Origin: Candidatus Bathyarchaeota archaeon
Lineage (GTDB): Archaea > Thermoproteota > Bathyarchaeia > Bathyarchaeales > Bathycorpusculaceae
DNA: 64,000 nt
Assembly (NCBI GenBank): GCA_963811105.1
Contig: CAWEPZ010000011.1
Coordinates: forward strand, 1,056,001-1,120,000
Direction: 5' to 3'
Shown here: in pieces, positions 19,083 to 27,817 of the stretch
Numbering within the stretch: the first letter of the stretch is position 1
Layout of the letters: every line of letters starts with the position of its first letter
The notes under the pieces: generated by a model
What the model saw: only the letters and a program-made list of their open reading frames with translations
The model's database searches: none
What the model was told of the DNA's origin: nothing
Program-made: the position numbers and the translations under genes

Positions 19083-19955
19083 CTACAGCACCCTAGCTTT
19101 CTCACGGTTCAAATTTGCCATTAAGATTTCACCGCCAAACTTTTGCAAAGCCGCCCTCACTGAATCAACCTTATCTTCTGGCACAACTGCTGTTACTGCT
19201 GGTCCTTTGCCGCAGAGCCCAGCTGCCACCGCGCCCGAAGCCAATGCATCAATTGCAATTGAACTGTCATATCCTTGGGCGGAAGAATAAATTAACCCGT
19301 TAATTGTCAATGCCTCCCATATCTTGCCCTCCAAAGCCTTCTCATACGCCACTTCGACAAGCGGCTTAACCGTTTGCAGCCTGCCCACGTTAGAGTCTGC
19401 CGTATACGCCTTCTTGGAGGGCACATGAAAAAGAACCGCTAAATTTCCAGTTACCAGCAACTGCTTGACAATTTCTCGCTTCTGATTGTCAGTGATGACT
19501 ACACCGCCAAAATATGAAGCACAAGCATCATCAAAAGCACCCGTCACTGTAACCTTCGCATCAAAAGCAGCATCGACACTCAACTTAACAAGTTCTAAAT
19601 CATCAAGAGTCTTCCCTAATGCTGCAGTGGCTGCTAACGCTACTGCATTTGCGGCCGCACTGCTACTTTTAAGCCCTCTAGCAATAGGAATGTTAGAGCA
19701 AGTTCTTATTTTTGCCCCAAAACGGTTTTCCAAACCAAACCGCCGAAGAACCCTCGCTACGGTTTTTTCTATTAAGAGGGTGCTTTCGTTTGGGTCATCG
19801 GTTATTTCTGATTTGAAAACACAGGGTTCATCTGTTATCTCGACCTCAGCTTTAGTCCACAAGTCTACCCCAAAAGCCGCGCCCTTGCCAAGTGCAATTG
19901 CGTTAACGATTGTTGCGGCGCCATGAGCTATAGCTGTAGCTTTCCCAATCAACAT
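19083..19955 (-). CDS. aroK: Archaeal GHMP shikimate kinase
   Basis: GAATIVNAI, PIARGLKSSSAA, TGAFDDA. Confidence 0.95.
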   Translation of the reverse strand: MLIGKATAIAHGAATIVNAIALGKGAAFGVDLWTKAEVEITDEPCVFKSEITDDPNESTLLIEKTVARVLRRFGLENRFGAKIRTCSNIPIARGLKSSSAAANAVALAATAALGKTLDDLELVKLSVDAAFDAKVTVTGAFDDACASYFGGVVITDNQKREIVKQLLVTGNLAVLFHVPSKKAYTADSNVGRLQTVKPLVEVAYEKALEGKIWEALTINGLIYSSAQGYDSSIAIDALASGAVAAGLCGKGPAVTAVVPEDKVDSVRAALQKFGGEILMANLNREKARVL

Positions 19956-20812
19956 CTACACCTTTGCAAGTGGTTAAGCGCTGCCTTCCTCATAACTTCA
20001 ACTGGTGCCTTGCAGCTTGTCCAGATCTCAAAAGAAGCGGCCCCTTGGTAAATGAGCATTTCAACCCCGCTTACGACTTTGGCTCTGGCAGCTTTAGCAT
20101 CCTTCGCCAGTGTGGTTTCGATTGGATTGTACACTATATCCATTACTGCCAAGTCATGTTTGAGCCACTCTGGCTGTACTGAGGTTTGGTTGGCGTTTGG
20201 TTTCATTCCAACTGATGTGGCGTTAATAAGCACATCAGCGCCAACAAGGTAAGCTTTGATTGTGTTAGGCGAAAGTGTGCCTGCTGTGATTTTCTTTTTG
20301 AACGTTTGCTTCAGGAGATTCGATAGTTCCTCAGCTGGCTGTGGTGTTCGATTCAAAATCGCCAATTCACCCGCCTGCGATGCAAGAGTGTACGCTATAG
20401 CTCGTGCGGCTCCGCCTGCTCCAAGCAATAGGACCTTTTTCCCTTTCGGATCAATACGGTTCGCTTTGAGCGCATTTAGAGCGCCGATTCCGTCGGTGTT
20501 AAAGCCTAGAAGTTTGCCATTTTTGTTTTGAATAGTGTTAACTGCATTAAGGAATTTTGCCGTTGGGTCTATTTCATCTAAGTACTTGATAACTGCTTCT
20601 TTGTGTGGCATAGTAACATTTAACCCATGAATATTCATGACACGAATTCCATCCAGGGCGCCTGCAATACCGTCAGGCTTAACCTTGAACGCTAAAAAAA
20701 CGCAATCCAGTTTCAAAGCCTCAAACGCTGCATTATAGATAACTGGGCTCAGGGTGTGTTCTATGGGGTCGCCGATTACGCCGAAAACGCGGGTTTTTCC
20801 TGAAATAACCAT
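19949..20812 (-). CDS. aroE: Shikimate dehydrogenase
   Basis: GDPIEHTLSP, NVTMPHK, AVNT, NTDG, GAGGAAR. Confidence 0.96.
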   Translation of the reverse strand: MVISGKTRVFGVIGDPIEHTLSPVIYNAAFEALKLDCVFLAFKVKPDGIAGALDGIRVMNIHGLNVTMPHKEAVIKYLDEIDPTAKFLNAVNTIQNKNGKLLGFNTDGIGALNALKANRIDPKGKKVLLLGAGGAARAIAYTLASQAGELAILNRTPQPAEELSNLLKQTFKKKITAGTLSPNTIKAYLVGADVLINATSVGMKPNANQTSVQPEWLKHDLAVMDIVYNPIETTLAKDAKAARAKVVSGVEMLIYQGAASFEIWTSCKAPVEVMRKAALNHLQRCRC

Positions 20813-21495
20813 TATTTTTGCCCCAAAACGTCATAGGCAGCCTGCATTTGCTCAATTGTAATTTGCCCAGCCGCTGTTTCGCTGCCCTGTCCAAGCGAAG
20901 CAAATGTGAAGTACGCACCAAACAGTGGCGACAGCAACCTAGATACCTTGCCTTGTTCGCCCATACAGAAACACACAAGTTTCACTCTACCGGATTTAGC
21001 TGAAACAAAGTTCAGCGCCCCTAGATTGTCTTCTATTTTCTTTGCGGTTGTTACTATTTTGCAGACACTGGCGCCGCTTAAAATTTCCTGTTCCAAAATT
21101 CTTCCCATTTCAGGAATGCTAAGTGCGCTGTCGTGTTTGTGGAAGGAAACGATTGTTTTAGCGCCCAGCTGCTTGAGTTTATAAATTACTTTTTTATGGT
21201 CAGGGCTTGACAAGTCGATATCAACATATTGAAAGCCGTTTTTGGCGGCAGACAGCAAGGTTTGTTGGCGTTCAGCTTCAGTTCCAGCGAAAAAGCCCTT
21301 TTCACTTTGCAGCTTGTTTGTTGCGATAAGCGGGATTGTTGTGCATTTAGAGAATTCTGAGAGGTTTCCATTGGTTTGAAGACAGTCCAATCTAACTTCG
21401 ATGAAATCAGCTTTGGTGCTCTTTGCCCTCTCAATGAGGTTTAACGCTTCTGTGTTGTTTTCAGGGAGAATCGAGACGCAGATTCTTGGGGTCAC
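20812..21495 (-). CDS. aroD: 3-dehydroquinate dehydratase type I
   Basis: EVRLD, IVSFH, CKIV, FCMG..SR, AAGQ. Confidence 0.92.
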   Translation of the reverse strand: MTPRICVSILPENNTEALNLIERAKSTKADFIEVRLDCLQTNGNLSEFSKCTTIPLIATNKLQSEKGFFAGTEAERQQTLLSAAKNGFQYVDIDLSSPDHKKVIYKLKQLGAKTIVSFHKHDSALSIPEMGRILEQEILSGASVCKIVTTAKKIEDNLGALNFVSAKSGRVKLVCFCMGEQGKVSRLLSPLFGAYFTFASLGQGSETAAGQITIEQMQAAYDVLGQK

Positions 21496-22535
21496 TTTTC
21501 AATCACCGTTTCTTCAGGCACAGAAACGCCGAAGTGCCGCCCTCCTTTCGCAGATAAATGAACCAAAACCTCATCGCCTGGTTTCAGCTCAGTTACAGGT
21601 TTTGAAGCCTTAGGAGTTACTAAACGTACGGTTTCGGCGTTTTGTAGGATGGTTTTGATTTTTGTATCGTCGGCTTGTGCCTCAATGAGCATTAGGGGAC
21701 GGAACTCAATTTTTGAGCGCCCCAGGTTTGTTATTCTGACTTTTCCTTCCCTGTTGATGATTAGGACTTCGTCGCCTGCTCTTAGCTCAGAGAGGTATCG
21801 TGTGTTCTGAAGGGAAGTTAATGTGTAGTGGGAGGCTGGTCCAGCGTTAACTCGAAAAGGTCTAGATTGGACATAGGGGTTTTCGTTTACTTCTGCTTCA
21901 ACAAGAAAGAAACCGGCGGATTGGCAGCCGACTAGCATTCCTTCGCCTGGAACCATCAAATCAACGGTGTCAACGCAAACTCTGGCTCCAGTTCCAATAG
22001 GTTTGATAGATAAGATTTTGGCGGTTGTTAAGGGGATTTTTGGCATTTGCTGCTTAACCAGTTTGATGGTTTTCGTAAACTCATTAGGATTGGATGTTTT
22101 CACCAGAACGCCGTCGGTTCCCAACTCTAAGGCTTCGAGAACTATTTTGGCGTCCTCCGCAGTGGTGACTTCGGCTATTAGTTTGCTTTTGCCGCCATGC
22201 GCCTTGGCTATTAAATTTTCGAGGGGAATTACTCGCCAATCAAGAGTGTTTATAATTATATAGTCAACTTGGAGTTCGGCTGCTTTGGCAGCTTGGTTTT
22301 CGTCTTCTTTACCTTTAATGGTTATTTTGATGGCTATTCTTTTGCCTTCGCTTTTCAGTTGGGCAAGCTTTTTCTCGTTTAAGTCAGCGAGGAAATTTAT
22401 GTTGAGTTTGCCTGAGCGGTTACTTATTTGTGTGCCGTCTATGATTGCGTCTGCATTTTCATGGGCAAGGCTAAGCAAGCTTTCTTTTTCTTGATTTGAA
22501 GCTGCTTGGTCAATTTCTATCCAAAGTTCCTTCAA
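21492..22535 (-). CDS. 3-dehydroquinate synthase II (AroB')
   Basis: DWRVIPLENLIA, RVCVD, RPFRVNAG, LQNAETVRL, GRHFG. Confidence 0.95.
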   Translation of the reverse strand: MKELWIEIDQAASNQEKESLLSLAHENADAIIDGTQISNRSGKLNINFLADLNEKKLAQLKSEGKRIAIKITIKGKEDENQAAKAAELQVDYIIINTLDWRVIPLENLIAKAHGGKSKLIAEVTTAEDAKIVLEALELGTDGVLVKTSNPNEFTKTIKLVKQQMPKIPLTTAKILSIKPIGTGARVCVDTVDLMVPGEGMLVGCQSAGFFLVEAEVNENPYVQSRPFRVNAGPASHYTLTSLQNTRYLSELRAGDEVLIINREGKVRITNLGRSKIEFRPLMLIEAQADDTKIKTILQNAETVRLVTPKASKPVTELKPGDEVLVHLSAKGGRHFGVSVPEETVIEK

Positions 22536-23323
22536 CTTTTTTCACCGAGGATTTTAAGAGCCTGCTCTACGCCGACATTTTTGTGAACTATTGCTAAAAG
22601 CGCCTTAACCATCAGAGCGGGTTTGTCATGTTGAAACACATTTCGCCCAATTGAGACTCCTGCTGCTCCGGCTTTTAGCGCGTCATGGGTGGTTTGGAGA
22701 ACTTCTTGAGATGTTTTGCATTTAGGTCCCCCCGCAATCACTACTGGTACGGGGCAGCTTTCGATTACTGATTTGAAGGTATCAATGTTGCCTGTGAAGT
22801 TTGCTTTAATGATGTCTGCGCCAAGTTCAGCACCAATGCGGGCTGCATGCGCTACCACGTCGGCGGCATGTTCGTTTTGGATTTTTGGCCCGCGAGGATA
22901 CATCATTGCAAGCAACGGCATACCAAATAAGTCGCATTCTTCAGCTACCTTCCCCAAGTTGCTCAGCATTTTGTCCTCATCCTGCGCTCCAACGTTTACG
23001 TGTACGGAGACTGCATCGGCACCTAAGCGTACGGCTTCTTGGACACTACAGATTTGGACTTTGCTGTTTATTTTTGGGCTAAGGTTAGACATGCCTGACA
23101 ACATAACGATTAAACCTGTGCCATTAGCATCAACCTGTTTGGCTATGCCTTTGTGGACAAGTATGGCATCAGCTCCGCCTTCAAGAAGCTGATTGATGGT
23201 TTGCTGCATGTTAACTATGCCTTGGATTGGGCCAATTGTTACGCCGTGATCCATAGGCACTATTACTGTACGGTTGTCTTGCTGCATGATTCTTTTTATT
23301 CGCCTTGCTTTACCTTGATTCAT
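22532..23323 (-). CDS. 2-amino-3,7-dideoxy-D-threo-hept-6-ulosonate synthase (AroA', DhnA-type aldolase)
   Basis: PMDHGVTIGP, MMYPRG, ELGADIIK, AGGPK, GRNVFQ; adjacent to DHQ synthase II. Confidence 0.92.
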   Translation of the reverse strand: MNQGKARRIKRIMQQDNRTVIVPMDHGVTIGPIQGIVNMQQTINQLLEGGADAILVHKGIAKQVDANGTGLIVMLSGMSNLSPKINSKVQICSVQEAVRLGADAVSVHVNVGAQDEDKMLSNLGKVAEECDLFGMPLLAMMYPRGPKIQNEHAADVVAHAARIGAELGADIIKANFTGNIDTFKSVIESCPVPVVIAGGPKCKTSQEVLQTTHDALKAGAAGVSIGRNVFQHDKPALMVKALLAIVHKNVGVEQALKILGEKS

Positions 23324-23338
23324 ATTTTGTCACCTTGG

Positions 23339-24586
23339 TTATTTTGCGCTCCTTAAAGAGTTTCTAATTAACTTTAAAGCTTTTTCACGCTCATTCCAAT
23401 CCAAAAACAGCAAAATACTTGACGTGATAGTCAGTATGCCTGAGATGTTAATGCCACTGACTCGGAGGTCTTCACTAATTTTTCCGATGATACCGTGGGT
23501 TTCTTCCAAGCCGACACCGCTGGTTTTTATGTATACTAAGTCCTTTTTGATCGCCATCGCAATAGTTTCTTTGTTTCTCTTCGTTATGTCGTGAATGTCA
23601 TTGAAAAGGGCATCCAAGTTTTTCTCCTGAGAAACGTAAAGTATCAACGAGTTTGCACTCATTGACATGCCAAGCAGAAGGGAGTGATGTTTGGTTTTTT
23701 CAACCATTTCTTGGATGATTTGCGGGTTAGCGGATATGCCGCAGCCGATTACTGTTATTTCAGCAACCGGGAAAGGATGGGCGATTTCTGCGTCTAGTTC
23801 GGTTGTAAGGGCGCCTGTGATTATTGTGCCTTCACTTGCTAGGTTGCCGTGTGCGTGGTTGATTACTTTTATGTTGATGTTTTTAGGTTTATACTTCAGC
23901 GCTTTGCTGTGGATAAATTTGGCTCCTGAATCAGCCAAACCTACAAGAGTGTTAACATCAATTTCTCTGAGACGCTCCGGATTGGAAACGATTTTAGGAT
24001 CCCCTGACATTACCCCATCAGCATTAGTAACTAAAACAATCTCATCAGCGCCCAAAGCTTCAGCTAAAACAAACGCAGTCGTATCACTTCCGCCTCGTCC
24101 TAGAGTTGTAATTTTGCCATCCTTAGTTTTACCCAAAAAACCCGCAACGACCGGAATAATACCTTTATTCATAATTGGCAATACACATTCACGAATGTTC
24201 TTTTCGCAGTCTTTCAGGATTGGATTTGCATTTTGAAAAGCTGAATCTGTAATTATTGGCCAGGTGCTGTCAATTGGGTCAAAGTAACAAGATTCGGCAC
24301 CGTTGGTTTTCAGTGCAGCTGCAAATATTCGAATACTAGTTCGTTCGCCCATCGAGAGGATATCGTCCAGGTCTTTTTTCTCGAGTTTGCCGTTTGAGGC
24401 GTTTTTTGCTGTTGTCATGAGGACATCAGTTGTTTTTCCCATAGCCGAAACTACAACGGCGATTCGAGTGCCTTTTTTGGCTTCGTTTATCACGGCGGTT
24501 ACCGCTTTTAAGAGCCTTTCGTGGTCTGCTAGACTGGAACCACCGAATTTAACCACAATTTTTTTCATAGAGTTCTCTTTTGCCAT
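23339..24586 (-). CDS. lysC: Aspartate kinase
   Basis: VVKFGGSS, VVSAMGKTTD, TLGRGGSDTTA, ACT domains. Confidence 0.93.
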   Translation of the reverse strand: MAKENSMKKIVVKFGGSSLADHERLLKAVTAVINEAKKGTRIAVVVSAMGKTTDVLMTTAKNASNGKLEKKDLDDILSMGERTSIRIFAAALKTNGAESCYFDPIDSTWPIITDSAFQNANPILKDCEKNIRECVLPIMNKGIIPVVAGFLGKTKDGKITTLGRGGSDTTAFVLAEALGADEIVLVTNADGVMSGDPKIVSNPERLREIDVNTLVGLADSGAKFIHSKALKYKPKNINIKVINHAHGNLASEGTIITGALTTELDAEIAHPFPVAEITVIGCGISANPQIIQEMVEKTKHHSLLLGMSMSANSLILYVSQEKNLDALFNDIHDITKRNKETIAMAIKKDLVYIKTSGVGLEETHGIIGKISEDLRVSGINISGILTITSSILLFLDWNEREKALKLIRNSLRSAK

Positions 24587-24605
24587 CTTTTTACGCCCCT
24601 GCCTT

Positions 24606-24643
24606 GCCCAGAACTCTACTCAAAAAATTTGACAGTTCTGGGC
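24606..24643 (-). promoter_or_regulatory. Stem-loop between the aromatic leader stop codon and the aspartokinase SD
   Basis: Perfect 10-bp inverted repeat gcccagaact (24606-24615)/agttctgggc (24634-24643), inner tcaaa/tttga pairing, U6 inside on the mRNA strand. Confidence 0.75.
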
Positions 24644-24730
24644 TTAAGGAAAATAACGATAATAAAAGCCGAAGTCGAAGCTCTGGAACCATGATACATT
24701 GTTTTCTTTTTTGCTTTGCAAATTAGACAT
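24644..24730 (-). CDS. Aromatic-rich leader peptide MSNLQSKKENNVSWFQSFDFGFYYRYFP (28 aa, not in ORF track)
   Basis: Hand translation; 1 Trp, 5 Phe and 3 Tyr in the last 15 codons, directly upstream of the aro operon. Confidence 0.8.
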   Translation of the reverse strand: MSNLQSKKENNVSWFQSFDFGFYYRYFP

Positions 24731-24768
24731 TGCAGCTTCGAACCTTGCTCAATCAGACATTAACGAGA

Positions 24769-24785
24769 AAATATAAGCGTTTCGG
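24769..24785 (-). promoter_or_regulatory. BRE/TATA promoter of the leader/aro operon
   Basis: Minus strand ccgaaacgcttatattt about 40 nt upstream of the leader ATG. Confidence 0.55.
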
Positions 24786-24877
24786 AAATAGACTAAGATT
24801 TAGCCACTAAATGTCAGCTCTGAGGGTATAGTGTTTATCAATTTGGCTGTGCATAACAACCAACGGAAGGCATCCAG

Positions 24878-25708
24878 TTGAAAGTGCAAATAGATTGGCA
24901 CCAAATCCTCATTGAATGCAAAATTAACGTGAAAGCAAGCATCAAGCCCTTCCTTAAAACCATCAAGGACCCCCAACCTAACCTAGGAGTAGGCGCAGGC
25001 GGAGATGCCATGAAACCAATGGATTTAGCGGCTGAAACAGCAATCCTTGACACATTAAAAAGCCATGATGTTTCTTTTACCTTAATCAGCGAAGAATCAG
25101 GAGTAAAAAAATTCGGCGAAGCGGCAGAGGAATGTATTGTTACCTTGGACCCGATTGATGGCAGCACCAATTTCATGCATGGACTACCCTTCTACTGTTG
25201 CTCTATTGCAGTTTCCCGACATCCTATGCTTGCCGATGCGTACGCAGGCATGGTTGCTGACTTAGTTCATGGCGCAACATACACGGCGATTAAAGGCAAG
25301 GGCGCCTATCGAGATGACGAAAAGATAAAACCCTCCACCACCGCTGATTTGCAAGATGCAGTAATAGGTCTAGACTTGAACACTTACAAAGTTAAAGAAG
25401 TTGTACCCAAACTAACCTCGCTTATAGCTGAAACCAAGCATATCCGCCATTTTGGCGCTAACGCACTTGAACTGTGCTATGTTGCTGATGGGTCAACAGA
25501 TGCGTTTGTGGATATCCGTGGGAAACTTCGCACAACCGATGTTGCAGCTGCTTTCCTGATTCTTAAAGAGGCAGGCGGAATCATGACTACCCCGAATAAT
25601 CACGTTTTAAACGTTGAATTAAACCCAAAACAAACGTTAAGCTTTGTAGCCTCAGGGAACATGCAAATTCACCAAAAAATTTTGACTTTGGTTAAATCCT
25701 TATGTTAA
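24878..25708 (+). CDS. suhB: Inositol monophosphatase / FBPase (archaeal bifunctional family)
   Basis: ISEESG, LDPIDGSTNF, RHFGANALELCYVA, DVAAA. Confidence 0.9.
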   Translation: MKVQIDWHQILIECKINVKASIKPFLKTIKDPQPNLGVGAGGDAMKPMDLAAETAILDTLKSHDVSFTLISEESGVKKFGEAAEECIVTLDPIDGSTNFMHGLPFYCCSIAVSRHPMLADAYAGMVADLVHGATYTAIKGKGAYRDDEKIKPSTTADLQDAVIGLDLNTYKVKEVVPKLTSLIAETKHIRHFGANALELCYVADGSTDAFVDIRGKLRTTDVAAAFLILKEAGGIMTTPNNHVLNVELNPKQTLSFVASGNMQIHQKILTLVKSLC

Positions 25709-26544
25709 GTTTGCTTTGGCCCCACCCAGCAGCTATGGTAAAAATCCTGAAAACCAAAACCCTTCTTATCGCTGACCCACACATCGGATGGGAGATAGCG
25801 CTTCAAGAAAAAGGCATACATGTTCCAAGCCAAACCCCAAAAATCCTAAACAAGCTAACCGCAATAATCACCAAATACAAGCCAGACCGGCTTGTTATCC
25901 TAGGCGATGTAAAATACACCGTTATTTCTAGCGAAATAGGTGAATGGCATGATATTCCCGATTTCTTTGCTAAACTGCAAAGCTGCGTGCAAAATATCGC
26001 TGTTGTACGGGGTAACCATGACGCCAACATCGAACCACTCTTACCCGAAAACGTAGAACTTCTGCCTGCAACAGGAGCGATAATCGGTGACGTAGCCGTT
26101 TTTCATGGACACAAATGGCCCTCGCCAGCCCTGCTATCGTGCAAAACGTTGGTTATGGGACATTTGCATCCGGTTGTGGTTTTCCGAGACCCCGCTGGCT
26201 TTAAAATTACAAGGCAAGCATGGATGTTAGCGAACTGTAATTCTGAGGCATTAGCAAAGATTCTGTTGCAAAAGCACAATGTAAAAATCGAGGGCTCAGT
26301 TGCGGAAACACTAATGAAGCATTACAAAATCAAATTGAAGACAACCCAGATTTTCATCATGCCGAGTTTTAACGATTTTCTCGGCGGCAGACCAATAAAC
26401 GAAACAAGACCTCGAAAAGAAGTCGGCAGCGAAGCCTTGATCGGGCCAGTTTTGCGTTCGGAAGCGGTGGATGTTGATAACTCGGAGCTTTACCTGTTGG
26501 ATGGCACTTATCTTGGTACTTTAAACCAGCTTAGGAACCTCTAG
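25702..26544 (+). CDS. Calcineurin-like metallophosphoesterase
   Basis: ADPHIG, ILGD, RGNHD, FHGH, MGHLHP, MPSFN. Confidence 0.9.
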   Translation: MLSLLWPHPAAMVKILKTKTLLIADPHIGWEIALQEKGIHVPSQTPKILNKLTAIITKYKPDRLVILGDVKYTVISSEIGEWHDIPDFFAKLQSCVQNIAVVRGNHDANIEPLLPENVELLPATGAIIGDVAVFHGHKWPSPALLSCKTLVMGHLHPVVVFRDPAGFKITRQAWMLANCNSEALAKILLQKHNVKIEGSVAETLMKHYKIKLKTTQIFIMPSFNDFLGGRPINETRPRKEVGSEALIGPVLRSEAVDVDNSELYLLDGTYLGTLNQLRNL

Positions 26545-26653
26545 AAGTTGCGCTACCAAAAAAGAGCTTTTGTAGCCGCTTAGCGTTGATTTGGTTAACT
26601 CTTATATTTGCCACATGTTATATACATGATATAGTTTGAGGGAGGAAAAACAG

Positions 26654-26809
26654 TTGAAACTTGTAACAGTACTCCTACCAGAAGCTTATCTGGAAGGATT
26701 AGATGAATTAGTTCGCGCAAACATGTATCCAAGCAGAAGTAGCGTCATAAGGTCATCCGTACGTGACCTGCTAAAGAAAGAGCTCTGGGAACAAAAACGG
26801 GGAAGATAA
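26654..26809 (+). CDS. CopG/ribbon-helix-helix regulator (51 aa, not in ORF track)
   Basis: TTG start after ggagg; MKLVTVLLPEAYLEGLDELVRANMYPSRSSVIRSSVRDLLKKELW. Confidence 0.9.
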   Translation: MKLVTVLLPEAYLEGLDELVRANMYPSRSSVIRSSVRDLLKKELWEQKRGR

Positions 26810-26816
26810 AAACCGC

Positions 26817-27590
26817 CTACAACCCTTTTAACGAATTGCAGAGCCATCGTGATGCCTTACCCGGGTCATCAGACATTGTGATTTCGCGTCCCACTATAAA
26901 ATAGCTGGCTCCTGCTTTAAGCGCTGTTTCCACCGTTCCTCCTTGAGCACCAACACCGGGCGAGTAGATAGGGACTTTATCGCCAAGAATCTTTTTTATA
27001 TCACTTATTTTTTGAGGATAAGTTGCTCCGACAACGACGCCGTCAGCACCCCATTTTAAAGCTTTTTGGGCAAAAGAAACATACTGCAGTTTTCTTTTCC
27101 CTGTTTGCGGGTCAATGATCGTTTGTCCGTAACCTTCGCATGCACCTTTGTGACTCATGTAGCAGAGAAGAATTACGCCACGGTCAAGCCGCTTTGAAGA
27201 TTCAAAAAGTGGTTTTAATCCTTCCTCCCAACCCACGAATGGATTAGCTATTAATGCGTCAAAACCCGCCTCATAATAGTAATCCGCGATTACCTCGTTG
27301 GTGGCACCTATGTCGTTTACCTTAGCATCCATAATCGCCAAAAGCTCGTGCCCGTGAATTTGCTCAACCAACTGTTGAACACCATTAAAAGTACCAAGTG
27401 GAAGCACAAGATGATGATTAATTTTAACCGCACAAACGTAAGGGTGAACGGCTGTAAGAATTCCCTGGGCTCTGCTCAAAATTTTATCTTTTTTTTCTGG
27501 ATTTTCAAAAGGCAAATCCAACGCTAACACAATCGGCGAATTTCTGTCTTTTGCACCATCTTGAATTTTGGCTTTAAACGACACAGTCAT
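26817..27590 (-). CDS. pyrF: Orotidine 5'-phosphate decarboxylase
   Basis: VLALD, DAKVNDIGATN, VVGAT, SPGVGAQGG, IVGR. Confidence 0.95.
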   Translation of the reverse strand: MTVSFKAKIQDGAKDRNSPIVLALDLPFENPEKKDKILSRAQGILTAVHPYVCAVKINHHLVLPLGTFNGVQQLVEQIHGHELLAIMDAKVNDIGATNEVIADYYYEAGFDALIANPFVGWEEGLKPLFESSKRLDRGVILLCYMSHKGACEGYGQTIIDPQTGKRKLQYVSFAQKALKWGADGVVVGATYPQKISDIKKILGDKVPIYSPGVGAQGGTVETALKAGASYFIVGREITMSDDPGKASRWLCNSLKGL

Positions 27591-27817
27591 TGCCTCTTGC
27601 TCTATCTTGTTAATAGCTGAGCTATTTCATTTTTTCGTATGCTTTCAAAATCAAATGTAAAGGAAAACAATCACAAGAGATCATCTTTTTTTCAAAACGT
27701 TTCTTGTTATCTGGAAACAAGAAAATTCCATAAGGTTTATAGTGACTAGGTAATCAATACCGTTAATGGTGGCAAAGCATTAACTCTTCAGCAAAGTCCA
27801 CTTAATTTAGGGGGTAC

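Noticed and set aside
7111-24632. Many antisense and alternative-frame ORFs in the track
   Set aside because: They are shadows of well-supported genes and have no motifs
24749-24760. Upstream ATG TCT GAT TGA mini-ORF
   Set aside because: It probably lies upstream of the predicted TSS and has no informative codons
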